From Okamejei kenojei (lineage: Eukaryota): a DNA stretch of 64,000 bases. Both the position numbers and the translations under genes were made by a program. This document shows, piece after piece, positions 35,177-48,670 of this stretch. The stretch is taken from NCBI GenBank assembly GCA_035221665.1, contig CM069142.1, positions 10,292,001-10,356,000 on the forward strand. The letters are read 5' to 3'. The notes beneath the pieces were generated by a model that did no database searches, was not told where the DNA came from, and was given only the letters and a program-made list of their open reading frames with translations. The stretch's first letter is position 1. The number at the start of each line of letters is the position of its first letter.

Positions 35177-37310
35177 TTTAGTTTACTTTATTTTTGTCAC
35201 GTGTTTTGTTGCATGCTATCCAGTCAGCGAAAATACAATACAATACATGATTACAGGGGTACACAAAATGCTGGAGAAACTCAGCAGGTGCAGCAGCATC
35301 TGTGGAGCGAAGGAGATGGGCAACGTTTCGGGCCGAAACCCTTCTTCAGACTGATGGGGGGGGGGTGATTCAATACATGATCACAATCAGGCCATCCCAC
35401 AGTGTACAGATACAGGATGAAGGGCACAATGTTTAGTGCAAGATAAAGTCCACTTAAGTATAGTTTGAAGATTCTCCAATGAAATAGATGGAAGTTCAGG
35501 ACCACACTCTAGCTGGTGACAAGAAGGTTCAGTTCCCTGATAATAGCTGTGAAAAAACTGTCCCTGAATCTGGAGGTACACGTTTTTGAACTGGATGGGA
35601 GAGGGGAGAAGGAAGAGTGACTGAGGTGAGACTGGTCCTTGATTCTGCTGGTGGCCTTATATCGAGGCAGCATCAAGTGTAGATGGAGTTTTCGTTTAGT
35701 TTAGAGACACAGCGCGGAAACAGGCGCTTCAGCCCACTGCGTTCGCACCGACCAGCGATCCCCCCACATTAACACTATCCTACACAAACGAGGGAGTTTT
35801 TTTTTACTCGTACACCAAGCCAATTAACCCACAAACCTGTACGTCTTTGGAGTGTGGGAGGAAACGGAAGATCTCGGAGAAAACCCACGTAGGTCACGGG
35901 GAGAACGTACAAACTCCGTGCAAACAGCACCCGCAGTCGGGGTCGAACCCGGGTCTCCGGCGCTGCATTCGCTGTAAGGCAGCAACTCTACCGCTGGGAG
36001 GGAGGTTGGTTTGCATGATGGTCTGGGCTATGCCCACAACTCTGTTAATTTCCACGGTCTTGGATGCCTATGCTGTGATGCTTCCCGACAAAATGTCTTC
36101 TACAGCGTATCTGTAGAAGTTGTTGAGGGTTGTTGCCGATCTTCCTGCGCCTTCTAAGGAAGTAGAGGCATTGGTGTGCTTTCTTGTCCATTGCTTCGAT
36201 GTGGTTGGTCCAGGACAAGTTGTTGGCAGTATTTAGTCCAAAGAACTTGAAGCTTTCGCTCATCTCTACTTCAGTGCCATCAATGTATCACTTTGCTTCC
36301 TGAAGTTGATCGCGATCTCCTTTGTTGACGTTGAGGGGCATCAGGTTTCGAGGTTCTCAATCTCCTTCATGGATTCCATCTTGTCATTATTTGACATATG
36401 GCCCACTACGATGGCATCATCCGTGAATTTGTAAATTGATTTGGATTTGTACTTGTCTGCGCAACCATGAGTGTATAAGGAGTGCGGAGGAAAGCTGAGA
36501 ACACTTCATTGCGGGGCACCAGTGGTGAGGATTATTGTAGAGGATGATTTGTCCCCCATCCTCACTGATTGGGGTCTGTTGGTCAGGAAGTCGAGGATCC
36601 AGTTGTAGAGATGAGTGCTGACCCCAAGTCCCACAGGTTAGGAGATGAGCTTGGATGTGATAATAGTTTTGAAAATAGAGCTTATCAATGAATAGGAGTC
36701 TAGCAGGGAGATGGCATCAGCCATGGACCTGTTGTGGTGATAAACAAACTGTAGTAGGTCAAGGGTGGATTTGATGTGTTCTATAACCAGCCTCTCAAAG
36801 TACTTTACAATGGTAGATGTCAAGGCCACTGGGCAGTAGTCCTAACGGCATGAGATCATTTTCCTTCGGCACCGGTCTTCTTAAAGCAGGCGGATATCTC
36901 AGAATGGAAAGGGGGGAGGAATTAAAGATGTCTGCGAATACTCCCGGTAGCTGGTCCGCGCAGTTCCTAAGGACACGGCCATGAACTCCGTCTGGGACAG
37001 TTGCTTTCCATGGGTTCACACTCGGGAAGGCTGATCTAACTTCTGCAACAGTGTCCCTGGGGAAAGGCACACTTGATTGAGTCTGAAGGGACGGATGTCA
37101 TCACCCTGTTGGCCGTCAGCTCAAAGTGACTATGGGATGCATTCAGTTCCTCAGGACGGGCACACTATAGCCAGCGATGCAGCCTGACTTTGCTTTGCAG
37201 CCAGTTGTAGTGTTCAGGCCATGCCACAGTCTGCCGGTGTCCAAATGATTACACTGGGACTCAGTATTGCCTCTTGGCATCCTGATGGTTTGTGAAGATC
37301 GTGGCGAGTG
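35177..37310 (-). mobile_element. Rex1/Babar LINE, RT to 3' UTR, degenerate, interrupted by Penelope repeat and SINE
   Basis: KATVPDGVHGRVLRNCADQLPGVFADIFN; [14 protein letters not shown]; LSWTNHIEAMDKKAHQCLYFLR. Confidence 0.85.
35690..35996 (-). mobile_element. HE1-type V-SINE
   Basis: Antisense SINE consensus inside the Rex element. Confidence 0.85.
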
Positions 37311-37410
37311 GTGCGGGGGAACAGTTCACTGAAAATTAGCCTGAAATCTCCTTCAGCCGATGGTGTATAATAACTTCAGGTTTTGCTGCAAAACAATTTC
37401 ATTAACTGCA

Positions 37411-37945
37411 GAAAGACACAAAATGCTGGAGTAACTCAGCGGGGCAGGCAGCATCTCTGGATAGAAGGAATGGGTGATGTTTCGGGTCGAGACCCTTCTT
37501 CAGACTTGTTTGATGACACTGTCTCTTTTGGCTCGTGTCAGAAATGATCCTGTTCTTTTGAGGCAATAATGCTGCCAATTTTATCTTGAACTCCATATTT
37601 TCTGGAGGAATGGGTGACATTTCAGGTCAAGACCCTTCTTCAGTTCTGACTAGTTTCACTGCCCTGATTAATTTAACTGGTTGCATGCCTCATTGTCACC
37701 ATCCCCTCAACCAAAAATTAACCATTCTACATTTCCTTATCAGCATCTGCTTTGATCAGTCATTTTCGCACCTTACCCTTCCATATCTCTGTGTCTCCAT
37801 CTCCCCTGACTCTCAGACTGAAGAAGGGTCTCGACCCGAAACGTCACCCATTCCTTCTCCAGTGATGCTGCATGCTCCGCTAAGTTCCTCCAGCATTTTG
37901 TGTCCTTCTGCAGTTTAAACCAACATCTGCAGTTCCTTCCGACAT
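37411..37945. mobile_element. Penelope-derived unit: two minus-strand hammerhead motifs around a unique spacer, followed by an inverted terminal repeat
   Basis: Cores at 37476-37503 and 37616-37643 (-) and 37818-37845 (+); spacer homologous to 48768-48877. Confidence 0.8.
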
Positions 37946-38348
37946 AATTAACTGCAGCTCCAAAGTCAAGTGGTCTTTAAAGCTAGTTTTAGAGGCTACT
38001 AACAGCATTATGATTTGTGGCATTCCACAAGCACAAAATTGCACAACCATGCAATAAGAATGAAAATTAGAAGCTGGGAGGTTGGGCTTCTCAAGCTGGA
38101 GAGGTTTTACTGGTAATATTATTGTATCCTGCCAGAAAAATAATATTTGTGCTGGATTCTTCAAAGAAAGAAAGTGGTACCCATTTGCTTATTTTAAGAG
38201 GAGAACGTTGAATCATTTGGGCTAATTAGGATGATGGTATGAATGTAAAAGTAGGTCAGGGTCGTTGTTGCATTCCCTCAAGTTTCCAAAACATTCCCTT
38301 GTGATTATTTCGACCACTTTTACAAACCATGAGCTCTCAATGGTAGCC

Positions 38349-38351
<3 letters not shown>

Positions 38352-38382
<31 letters not shown>
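38352..38382. repeat. (TA)n microsatellite
   Basis: Directly visible TA run. Confidence 0.95.
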
Positions 38383-38386
<4 letters not shown>

Positions 38387-38699
38387 CTCTTAACACAATT
38401 TCTCTTCTTGTTAGCTTTGCCTAAAAATCTGTGAACTCCACAGGTATGCATGCACACCCTTGACTTAAGTGTTTGGAATAACCACTTCCCAGAAGCACAT
38501 GTGTAGGAAGGAACTGCAGATGTTGGTTTAAACCGAATATAGATACAAAATGCTGGAGTAACTCAGTGGGACAGGCAGCATCTCTGGAGAAAAGGAATGG
38601 ATAACGTTTTGGGTCTGAAGAAGGGTCTCGAAATTAGAAATTTTGTACGTTGGTCAGCGAAGCTGTTCCCTTAAATCTAGTCATGAAACAGTTCACCGG

Positions 38700-39023
38700 C
38701 AGGCGACACGGAGGTACAGTGGTAGAGTTGCCGCCTTACAGCGCGTTCTGTGCCAGAGACCCGGGTTCGTTCATGATCATGGGTGCTGTCTGTACGGAGT
38801 TTGTACGTTCTCCCCATGGCCCGCGTGGGTTTTCACTGGGTGCTCCGGTTTCCTCCCACACGCCAAAGACATACAAGTTTGTAGGTTAATTGGCTTTCAA
38901 TAAATATAAATTGTCCCTAGTGTGTGTAGGATAGTGTTAATGATAGTGCGGGGGTCGTTGGTCGGTACCGACTCGGTGGGCCGAAGGACCTGTTTCCCCG
39001 CTCTGTCTTTAAACTAAACTAAA
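38700..39023 (+). mobile_element. HE1-type V-SINE
   Basis: tRNA-like head, central domain, (TAAAC)n tail. Confidence 0.9.
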
Positions 39024-39881
39024 TGAATTGTGTAAAGACTTTGCCTAACCCTAGGCGGACAAGGTAAACTCTTCAGCTGAAAGGAGGGTGCTTCAGAAAG
39101 TCGGTCCTATTTCAAAAGAGCGCTGCATCCCGGCACAATGATCATTTAGTGGTCACAAAAGCAGACGGCTTGCAGGAATGAGTGTTTGCAGGCAGGAATT
39201 CATAAGGATCAAGCAGCCATGGGCAGACTGAATGATTTAATAATGTTTTTCCTTTAAAACAGAAATCATGTGGTAAACACCCACTCCACCACAAAGAAAG
39301 GGTTGCCATTTCTATGTGAGCTGAAGAGGTTGAGTCAGATGACTTTCGTATTTAAGAAATGTGAATCTATTTAAAGGTTCAGATTGCATCAGCCTTTCTT
39401 TGAAATCCCACGGACCAAATAGAATTTGAAACTGAATAAAATAATCTCCTCGTCCTTCTCGATAGCTGGAGGTCCCTGCACAAATGTGTTCATTGCAGCT
39501 TTAACTCACACAAAATTCAACGTTGAAGGGAGAGAATGATCCATTTTTCAGTGCAGTTTCATCTCGCTGTATATTTTACAGCAGATCTGGTTTCAATTTA
39601 CATTTATGTTTTTTTTTTTTTTTGCTTTTCATCTTTTAATGAATTCCAGCATTGGCTCGGATTCTAGGTCCCATTTCCCTTGTCGGGTTTAAAGGGACCC
39701 ATGACTCTTGAGATTTGGACAGGACTCGTGTGAATTCGATGCACCTCCAGGCTTGCCAGTAAAATTTAATGGGGCATTCGGAGCTAGTGTTGAATGTTAG
39801 TGCCTTCTCTCGAGGAGTGCCCAGAGCTATAATCAATTTGTGGGACAGCAAGGTTGCCTCTTGTCCAATCCTTCTCGGAAG

Positions 39882-40192
39882 TTAGTTTAGTTGAGTGTAG
39901 AGATTCAGAGCGGAAACAGGGCCTTCGGCCTACCGAGTCCGCTCCGACCTGCGATCCCATGCACATTAACACTATAACATACCAGGGACAATTTACGCTT
40001 ATACCAAGTATACAATCCCAAGCCGATTAACCTACAAAGAGTGTGGGAGGAAACCGAAGATCTCGGAGAAAACCCACGCAGGTCACGGGGAGAACGTACA
40101 AACTCCGTACAGAAAACACCCTTAGTCAGAATCGAGCTGGAGTCACTGGCGTTGTAAGGCAGCATCTCTACCGCTGCGCCACCGTGCTGACC
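39882..40192 (-). mobile_element. HE1-type V-SINE
   Basis: Antisense SINE consensus. Confidence 0.88.
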
Positions 40193-40354
40193 CTCAGTTG
40201 GGGCTTTTCCATATTATGGGCTCAATAGAGATTTTCCACATCATTTGAGTGCAGATCTGAAAGTTGATCCAAACTGAATGCAATATAAACCATTGGCATT
40301 TGGAATTCAAGAACAGGATTGATATATTTTGGAATATTATATAATGGACTCGTT

Positions 40355-40945
40355 CCATTTGCCTGCATTTGGCCCATAGCCCTCTAAACTCTTACTGTCC
40401 AAATATCTGTCCAAATGCCTTTTAAGACCCATAATTATACTCATTTCCATAGCTTCCCCTGGCAGCATATTTCAAATACAGACTACCCTCTGAGTGAAAA
40501 AGTTGTCCCTGAGTTCCCTATTAAATATGTCTCCTCTGGCATTAAGCTATGCCCTCTAGTTTTAGAATCCATTAGCTGGGATAAAAGACTGTTAGTATTC
40601 AGGAAGGAACTTGCAGTTGCTGGTTTACACTGAAGATAGACACAAAATGCTGGAATTACTCAGCGGGACAGGCAGCATCTCTGGAGAGAGAGGAATGGGT
40701 GAAGTTTTGGCTCGAGACCCTTCTTCAGAACACTGTCATTGTTCACTTCATCCATGCCCCTCATGAATGTACACATCTAAATAAGGTCACACCTCAGCTC
40801 ACTATGCTCCAAGCCTATCCAACCTCTCCCTATAACTCAAGCCTCCAAGCCCAGAAAACATCCTGGTGAATCACTTCTGCACTCTTTCCAACTTAAAGAC
40901 ATCCTTCCTACAGCTGCGCACAGTACTCCAAGTGTGGTCTTACCC
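40355..40945 (-). mobile_element. Old CR1/HER1 fragment with Penelope insert
   Basis: GCCTGCATTTGGCCCATAGCCCTCTAAAC...TACTCCAAGTGTGGTCT. Confidence 0.7.
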
Positions 40946-42324
40946 ACGGCTTGTAACAGGTTTTGTGCTCAATAAGCCGGAAGGAACTGCAGAAGTTGGT
41001 TTAAACCGAAGATAAACGCAAAAAGCTGGAGTAACTCACTGGGTCAAACGGGTAATGGGTCCATAGGGAAATTCATCTCTACAGTAATTGAGTGAAGGAT
41101 TGATGTACTTGCAGCCCTCCAGCCCATGTACATGTTGTGTCCTTGCTCTTCACAATGCTACTTCTAACTGGTGTTCCAGATGCTGGCTCATTGCCTGACT
41201 GAGGATTGTAGTGATTATCAACAAGGGATTTCCTTGACCACCTTTGCCCTCACGCGATGAGACTTCATGGAGTTTGGATTTGATGTTCAAAGCTCCGAGA
41301 GTATTTCTACACACTTTAACCCACACCATGCTACACCTAACGCCTGCTACAGTGCCACCATGATTCTACGTCAGCTCAGATGGCAGGATGGTAATCTGGG
41401 TCATGGATGCTCGCTGAAAGATGATTCTGTAAGATAGACACAAAAAGCTGGAGTAACTCAGTGGGTCAGACAGCGTCTCTGGAGAGAATGAATAGGTGAC
41501 GTTTCGGGTCGAGACTCTTCTTGAGACTCTGTAAGTATGGTTCTACAGTATTGTTGCTTGATCAGTCTGTTGGCCAACTCTCTCAACATGGCATGGGCCT
41601 CCAAACGTTAGTGCAGAAGCATTTGCAAGTTTAACTATTTGTGCTAATGATTTGTTTGAATCCAATGCCTCAGTTAATGCCAAGTAAACGCTCTGTTTTG
41701 GGATTACACTTTCTCATGCTAGTTTGTCACAACTGAGCAGTTATCAAGCCATTTCAAAGGGCAATTAAGATCATGGGAAATGGGCCCTTGGTAACATGGG
41801 AAGCAAAGCCCAGTGACCCAGATACCAAACCATCAGGATTTCCGAATAATAAGGTTATCGGTGATTTATAGTGTTTACAGTTCGAGCCTTGAAAACGAGT
41901 GCTTGTTATATCTGTGTCCGTAAACTATGCTGAGAAAGAACGGGTGACGTTTCGGGTCGTGACCGTCTTAAGAAGGGTCTCGTCCAAAAACCTCAGCCAT
42001 CACTTCTCTCCAGAGATGCTGCCTGTTCCGCAGAGTTACTCCAGCAGTTTGTGTCTATCTTCTGAGTCTTTGATTTCTGCATATCGCATTGAGGTAGAAT
42101 TTCGCATCAACTTTTTAAATTCCCTTCAATATGTTTTATAATTTAATCAACCCTGGAAAATGTTGTTGATATTGATAGGTAATTTATTTAGTCATTCTGA
42201 GTGTCTCAAAATATTTCTGCATTCTACATACAGACACCTTTGTGGCTGTTATTTTTTTTTAAACCATCAGCTCTGCAGAAGAACAGCAAATGTTATGTAG
42301 TCGAGTTTTGTGCTTCTTTTAGTG

Positions 42325-42836
42325 CAGCAGGGTGGCGCAGGGGTAGAGCTGTTGCCTTACAGCGCTTTCTGTGCCAGAGACCCGGGTTCGATCCTGCCAA
42401 TGGATGCCGTCTGTACGGAGTTTGTACGTTCTCTACATGACCGCGTGGGGTTTTCTCCGAGACCGTCAGTTTCCTCCCAAACTCCAAAGACATACTGTAC
42501 AGGTTTGTAGGTTAATTGGCTTGGTATAAATGTAAGTTGTCCATAGTGTGTGTAGGATAGTGTTAATTACCGATCATTCTTTATTATTCTGGATTTTAAT
42601 TAATGTATTGTTTTTTTTAATGTATAATTTATGATGCTTTTATAAGTGATATACTAAGATTTTATATGTATTTTATGATGTTTTTAAATGCAATGTTTTT
42701 TATGTAATGTTGTCCCTTGTTTGGACCTTGAGTCCGAAATGAAGTTTATTGTTATTATTAGTACTAATGTGAGGAGATTGCTGGTCGGAATGGACTCGGT
42801 GGGTCGAAGGGCCTGTTTTTGCGCTGCAGCTCTAAA
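42325..42836 (+). mobile_element. HE1-type SINE interrupted by an AT-rich LINE 3' UTR (~42570-42760)
   Basis: SINE breaks at AGTGTTAAT and resumes at AGTACTAAT; insert ends in a (TTA)n-like tail. Confidence 0.8.
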
Positions 42837-43294
42837 GTGAAGGGTCTCGACTAAACTTTATAAACTTTATATTTTTCTTGCAAGAACACTGGTTTACCCA
42901 GTAGATTTGTTCTGAGAGGAGCTTTGAAGGAAGACAGTGGTGTAGCACTGTTGAAAGATATGTTGGACGGTGGTAGTGCTCTTACAGAAATGAGATGCAA
43001 AATTCAATGGTGTAGTGTCGGGGGCAAGTAGGCTGTTGCGTGGGTTCAATTATGTCAAATGCTGTGCAGTTCTCATATTAATATCACGTGTGGAAAATTG
43101 ATTTTTCTATAAAGAACCCGTGATAACCCCACAACTGAAACTAGTCTTTCCTGTGAGCCAAATGTGCTACAGCCTTATTCAAAGGTCCCAATTTATGTGC
43201 ACCACTGCTTCCAAGTCCAAGGCACCCCTCTTCTTCCAGGAAGGTTCTTTGGGTGTCGAGAAGCTGGGATTGTTCCCATCCCAAAAATTGCCAG

Positions 43295-43775
43295 CGAAAT
43301 TGCAGCAAATTGTGGACGCGGCCCAGACCATCACACAAACCCACCTCCCTTCCATTGACTCCATTTATACCTCACGCTGCCTCGGCAAGGCCAGCAGCAT
43401 AATCAAGGATGAGTCACACCCTGGCCACTCCCTCTTCTCCCCTCTCCCATCGGGCAAAAGGTACAGAAGTGTGAAAACGCACACCTCCAGATTCAGGGAC
43501 AGTTTTTTCCCAGCTGTTATCAGGCAACTGAATCATCCTACCACAACCAGAGCGCAGTGCTCAACTACTATCTACCTCATTGGTGACCCTCAGACTATCC
43601 TTGATCGGACTTTGCTGGCTTTACCTTGCACTAAACGTTATTCCCTTATCATGTATCTATACACTGTAAATAGCTCGATTGTAATCATGTATTGTCTTTC
43701 CGCTGACTGGATAGCACGCTACACAAAGCTTTTCACTGGACCTCAGTACATGTGACAATAAACTAAACTAAACTT
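43295..43775 (+). mobile_element. Rex1/Babar 3' end
   Basis: ASSIIKDESHPGHSLFSPLPSGKRYRSVKTHTSRFRDSFFPAVIRQLN; ends GTGACAATAAACTAAAC. Confidence 0.88.
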
Positions 43776-43787
43776 AACTTCATAGGT

Positions 43788-43987
43788 GTAGGAAGGAACT
43801 GCAGACGCTGGTTTAAACCAAAGATAGACACAAAAAGCTGGCGTAACTCAGCGGGACAGGCAGCATCTCTGGTGAGAAGTAATGGGTGATGTTTTGGGCC
43901 TGAAGAAGGGTCTCGACCCGAAACGTCACCCATTCCTTCTTTCCAGAGATGCTGCCTGTCCCGCTGAGTTACTCCAGCATTTTGTGT
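43788..43987. mobile_element. Palindromic Penelope repeat with hammerhead motif at 43900-43927
   Basis: TSD TTAACTTCA(T/C)AGGT; CTGAAGAAGGGTCTCGACCCGAAACGTC. Confidence 0.85.
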
Positions 43988-44949
43988 TTAACTTCACAGG
44001 TCCTTGTCTACACAGCCACTTTCCCGATCATCGCCTGAGCCTAAAATGCACTGCCTCCCAATGTGTCTTCTTGATACATTGTTCCCACCCTCTTCATGTC
44101 TCTCCTCTACCTTTCACAATCCTCTGCCCATGTCCCAGTTTCCGTTCCACAAATTGTTGACCGATACACCATAATCCAATCCAATTCTCAGCAAAAATGG
44201 AAGATAATGGAGAAACCATCATTCCAAGATATCTCCATCTCAACGAGTAACCACATCAGGTTGTGGAGGACAAGTCAATGGATCTTTTTAAGTCAGAGAT
44301 AGATAGATAGATTCTTGTAGGTGTCAGAGGTTATGGGGAGAAGGCAGGAGAATTGGATTAGGTGGGGGAGATCGATCAGCTATAATTGAAGACTTGATGG
44401 GCCAAATGGCCTAATTTTGCTCCTATCTCTTATGATCCTTATGACAACGTGTTTCATTTGTTTTAACAAATATTTCATATTTACATATAAATCAATTTAG
44501 CAATGCCTATTTTTGGATCTTATTGTTCAATTTGGAGGTTTTATAAATGTATCAATTATCCAATGAAGCAACAACTTTAAATAATTAGATTTTATTAGTG
44601 GAAACTTGAGTTTACATACATTAGTGTGGGTGTTAAATTGCACTGGATACATTATTTAAAATGTCACCGATATTTATGCATTAGCATCTTAAAGTTACAA
44701 AATAGATCAAAAGGTTACTTTGTTATCAGCACAAAAATGCATTTCAGTTTTTTGGTTTTTTTTGGTAAATATAAATGTACACAATCTTCGCCTGTTCCAA
44801 ATGAACACATGTACAGCTAGGTTATTGACTGCATTCTGTTGGTTTACTGGTGAACAAAGACCTTAACCAAATATACAAGATAGCTCTTGTGTAGGAAGGA
44901 ACTGCAGACACTGGTTTGAACTGAAGATAGACACAAAAAGCTGGAGTAA

Positions 44950-45163
44950 TGGGCCTGTCCCACTTCCACAAACTAATTCACGACCTCTGCCGAGTTTGCC
45001 CTTGACTCATACTTGCAGCATGGTCGTCACAGGTTGTTGGAGGTCGTAGGTAGGTCGTGATGCCAGTCATAGGTGCTCGTGGCATCGGGGTGCTTTTCTA
45101 GCCTGATGAAAAACGTCCACGAGTTAAAAAGGTTGTGAATTAGGTCGTGAAAGTGGGACAGGC
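44950..45163. mobile_element. PIF/Harbinger-type MITE inside a Penelope repeat (host ~44887-45255)
   Basis: TAA|TGGGCCTGTCCCAC ... GTGGGACAGGC; host flanked by AAGATAGCTC. Confidence 0.75.
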
Positions 45164-46144
45164 AGCATCTCTGGAGAACAGGAATAGGTGATGTTTCGGG
45201 TCGAGACCCTTCTTCAGACTGAGTTACTCCAGCTTTTTGGGTCTATCTTCTATGTAAGATAGCTCGTAAAGTTCCCATATTTTATTTGTATGCCTTTGCA
45301 TCCTGGATGGCAAAAGTAAAATGTTAAAGGATTTATTATTTTATCAGCATGGGCAGTGTTAACAAATGCATAGAAATGAACAGTAATTTGGAATAAATCC
45401 TAATGAGCCTGCCAGTCATTTTTTTGTTGTTTTATCCGCTCATTTTCTTTCACGGGGGTGGAAATCGCCTGAATGTTGTTCAAGTGAAGAGCATTCCTGC
45501 GGCATACATTCTCATCTCTCTCCAATGACGAAGATGCATTGGTTCCTGTAAATAGGATTCTTAGTTAACACATAAATAAACCTTTCAGATTTCAAATTAG
45601 CGGTGATTAAATCCGGGCTTTAATCCTGCCTTCTAGTCCATACCTTCCTTCCTTCCCCCATCCCCCAAAAGGTTTAGCCTTGCACGATTAATAGTGGCAT
45701 CTGGAACTGATTATCCTGCCTGTCATATTCGAAAGCCGGTTTGTTCGACCCGGACAAGCAAGCCCTGTAAAGAAAAGCTTAGCAATGGATTGTCCCGCAT
45801 ACAGCACACACCAAAATGGCTGATTTTTATTCCTGCCTTTGTAATGGTGAATACAATCAGAAATATTTGCTTATTGAAACAGTTTTCCAAGTAATTCCCC
45901 TATTTCTTCCTTGCAGCCATTTCCCTAAATGCACAGAATTTTATTCACCATCTTCTGTCATACACATGAGAACAATTTGTAATTTTTCCTGTCAAGCATA
46001 ATTCACGATAATGAAAGCATTTATAGCACTTTAAACCTTTGCCTCCATGCCCACTAGCGGCAAGGCGTAAGAGCTCCACTCCAAACAGCACAAGAAAGAG
46101 AGAAAGACAGTAGATTAATTAAAACACAAATATCTTTGCGTTTA

Positions 46145-46410
46145 CAGGTCCAGGTTCAGGAATAACTACTTCCCCACAGCCATCAGGCTATTAAACTCAA
46201 CTCAAAGAAAACTGAACATTAATAGCCCATTTCTGTTTATTTGCACTTCATCTGTTTATTTATTCATGTGTGTACATATATGGTCTATGGTATATGGACG
46301 CACTGATCAGTTCTGTATTTATGCCTACAATATTCTGTTGTGCTGAAGCAAAGGAAGAATTTCATTGTCCTATCTGGGACACATGACAACAAACTCTTGA
46401 ATCTTGAGTT
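46145..46410 (+). mobile_element. Rex1/Babar 3' end
   Basis: CAGGTTCAGGAATAACTACTTCCCCACAGCCATCAGGCTATTAAAC; ends ATGACAACAAACTCTTGAATCTTGA. Confidence 0.75.
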
Positions 46411-46974
46411 GTATTCTCACTATCAGTTCTATTGGTCCTTAGCTGAAAATAATTCTCAATCACGAGATTCCTTTGTTAATTACTTTGTTTAATGTCAATT
46501 TAAATACCGAGAATCATATGTTTCAGTGCCACATTTTCTCGTTTGATGTTGCTGCTATGAAGTGGCTTAGGATATTTTTATTGCATTGATGTTAATTTGC
46601 AGATGGAGATCCTTGGTTGTGGTGGAGTTTCTACCACAGAACTTCTCCAGGACCTCACCATGCAAGGAAGAGGCGGTGGTCTCTGCGCATAGCAGCTTGG
46701 ACTGTTGTGGTCATAAGGTCATAAGCGATAGGAGCATGAATTAGGCCATTCGGCCTATCAAGTCTACTCCCCCATTCAATCAAGGCTGATCTATCTCTCC
46801 CTCCTAACCCCATTCTCCTGCCTTCTCCCCATAACCCCTGACACCCGTGCAATGAATAGAAGGCCTCCTGCTCTGCCCCTCACACCCATGGCACTGAGAT
46901 CTACCTCCACTGTTTCGCAATCCTCAGGAGAACCGTGGAAATCATTTGTTTGTCAAAAACCTGCAACCACAATT

Positions 46975-47560
46975 GTGTCTGTGCTAGGCCTCCTCCACTG
47001 TCAGAGTGAGGCCAAACACAAATTGGAGGAACAGCCCCTCATATTTTGCATGGGTGGCTTACAACACAGCAGTATGAATATTTATTTTTCTAACTTCATG
47101 TAACTCTTGCATCCCCCTCCCTCTCTCTCCATCCCTTCTGCAATAGTTGTTGTACTCATTTCACTGCCGTCCTGTTGAGTCTCATTGATGTTTATGTTAA
47201 ATTCTATCATGTAATGTGTGTTCTATTTTTCAGCTGTATCGCTGCTGGCAAATTCAATTCACTGCACCTTAGTTGGTGCATGTGACGAATAAATGTGACT
47301 TTGACTTTTGACTTTGTCTCTAACTCGTTTTCACCTAGCCCACAGCTGACAATGGCCTGTTTCCTTTAACATTGTTACTTTTTTGCATATCTTTCATTCA
47401 TCTGTTCTATATCTCTCTATAGCACCGTCTATACCTTTTGTTTCCGTTTTTCCCTGACTCTCAGTCTGAAGAAGGGTCTCGACCCAAAACGTCACCTATT
47501 CCTTCTCTCCAGAGATGTTGCCTGACCTGCTGAGTTACTCCAGCGTTTTGTGTCTATCAT
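46975..47560 (+). mobile_element. Penelope 3' end with an internal LINE-tail insert
   Basis: SVLGLLHCQSEAKHKLEEQPLIF..MNIYFSNF, then terminal repeat. Confidence 0.85.
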
Positions 47561-47654
47561 CACAACAATTGATACCTTGCTCTCAAATGTGAGCAGAGCG
47601 CTGTATGAAACATGTGCTCACTAGGCAAACATCCTGCAGAACTCACATTAGGTA

Positions 47655-47832
47655 TTGGGCGTGCAGGTTAGTAGGTTCATAGGCTTGGTATGAATGCAAA
47701 TTGTCTCTAGTGGGTGTAGGATAGTGTAAGTGTGCAGAGATTGCTGGTCAGTACGGACTCGGTGGGCCGAAGGGCCTGTTTCCGCGCTGTATCTCTAAAA
47801 CTGAATGAAACAAAACTATACTAAACTAAACT
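47655..47832 (+). mobile_element. 5'-truncated HE1-type SINE
   Basis: 3' half of the SINE with (TAAAC)n. Confidence 0.8.
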
Positions 47833-48257
47833 CCTGCATTATCCCAATCCCCTGATTCGCTCAATGTCTAAAAATCTGTCTCCCGTCTTGAAAATACTCA
47901 GCAACTGATTAGGGAATTCTCTCTGGGTAAAGAAATATTTTCCCATCTCAGGCCGGATTGTTCAGTCCCTTAGTTAGAGACTATAAGCTTTGGTTCCAGA
48001 CAGCCCACCCATGGGGAAACAGTGAGCTCCTCTACCATGCCACCATTTATCACATGGGGCAGTGTCCGAAACGTTGAGAGTGAGAATATCGAGCATAATG
48101 ATGAATCCAGCTGCTGTAAACGAGCAAAATAATGTTCAATATGGGATTTAACTGTTTTAAACCTTTCGACGTATGAGCAGTTTCTAACCTTAGCTCATTC
48201 TCTGCTGCAATTCCCTCTTTGGAAAAAAGACTGGATAATGTGGGCTATGAATTTTCT

Positions 48258-48354
48258 AGGGTCTGAAGAAGGGTCTCGACCCGAAACGTCGCCTATCTCC
48301 TTCGCTCCTTAGATGCTGCTGCACCCGCTGAGTTTCTCCAGCTTTTTGTGTACC
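48258..48354 (+). mobile_element. Short Penelope terminal-repeat insertion starting at the hammerhead motif (48263-48290)
   Basis: TSD CTATGAATTTTCT at 48245-48257 and 48355-48367. Confidence 0.85.
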
Positions 48355-48670
48355 CTATGAATTTTCTTGGTTGGTTTGTGTCAGTATTTGATCTGTTTTT
48401 ACATCCCGGCTAAGGTAATTGTCATTATGGTAATGGTAATTGCACTATCAATAATTATGGGTTGCCATTGGCACAGGTTTCTGCAGAAGCAATTTATGGT
48501 CTATTACCACAAGGTTTTCTGGCCAGCTTCCATATTCATTTGGGTTTATAGTTTTACTTTAATCCTCTTTTTTTAATTCAGTGATGCTTACATTGACCAT
48601 GTCTCAGTGTGTAATGCAGTCGTTGAAATGATGGAGCACAGCTCTGGACATAGTTCGGCCATGTTTTTTC

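Noticed and set aside
43120-43755. 211-aa ORF as a host gene
   Set aside because: It is a chance fusion of unique DNA with a Rex1/Babar ORF C-terminus and UTR.
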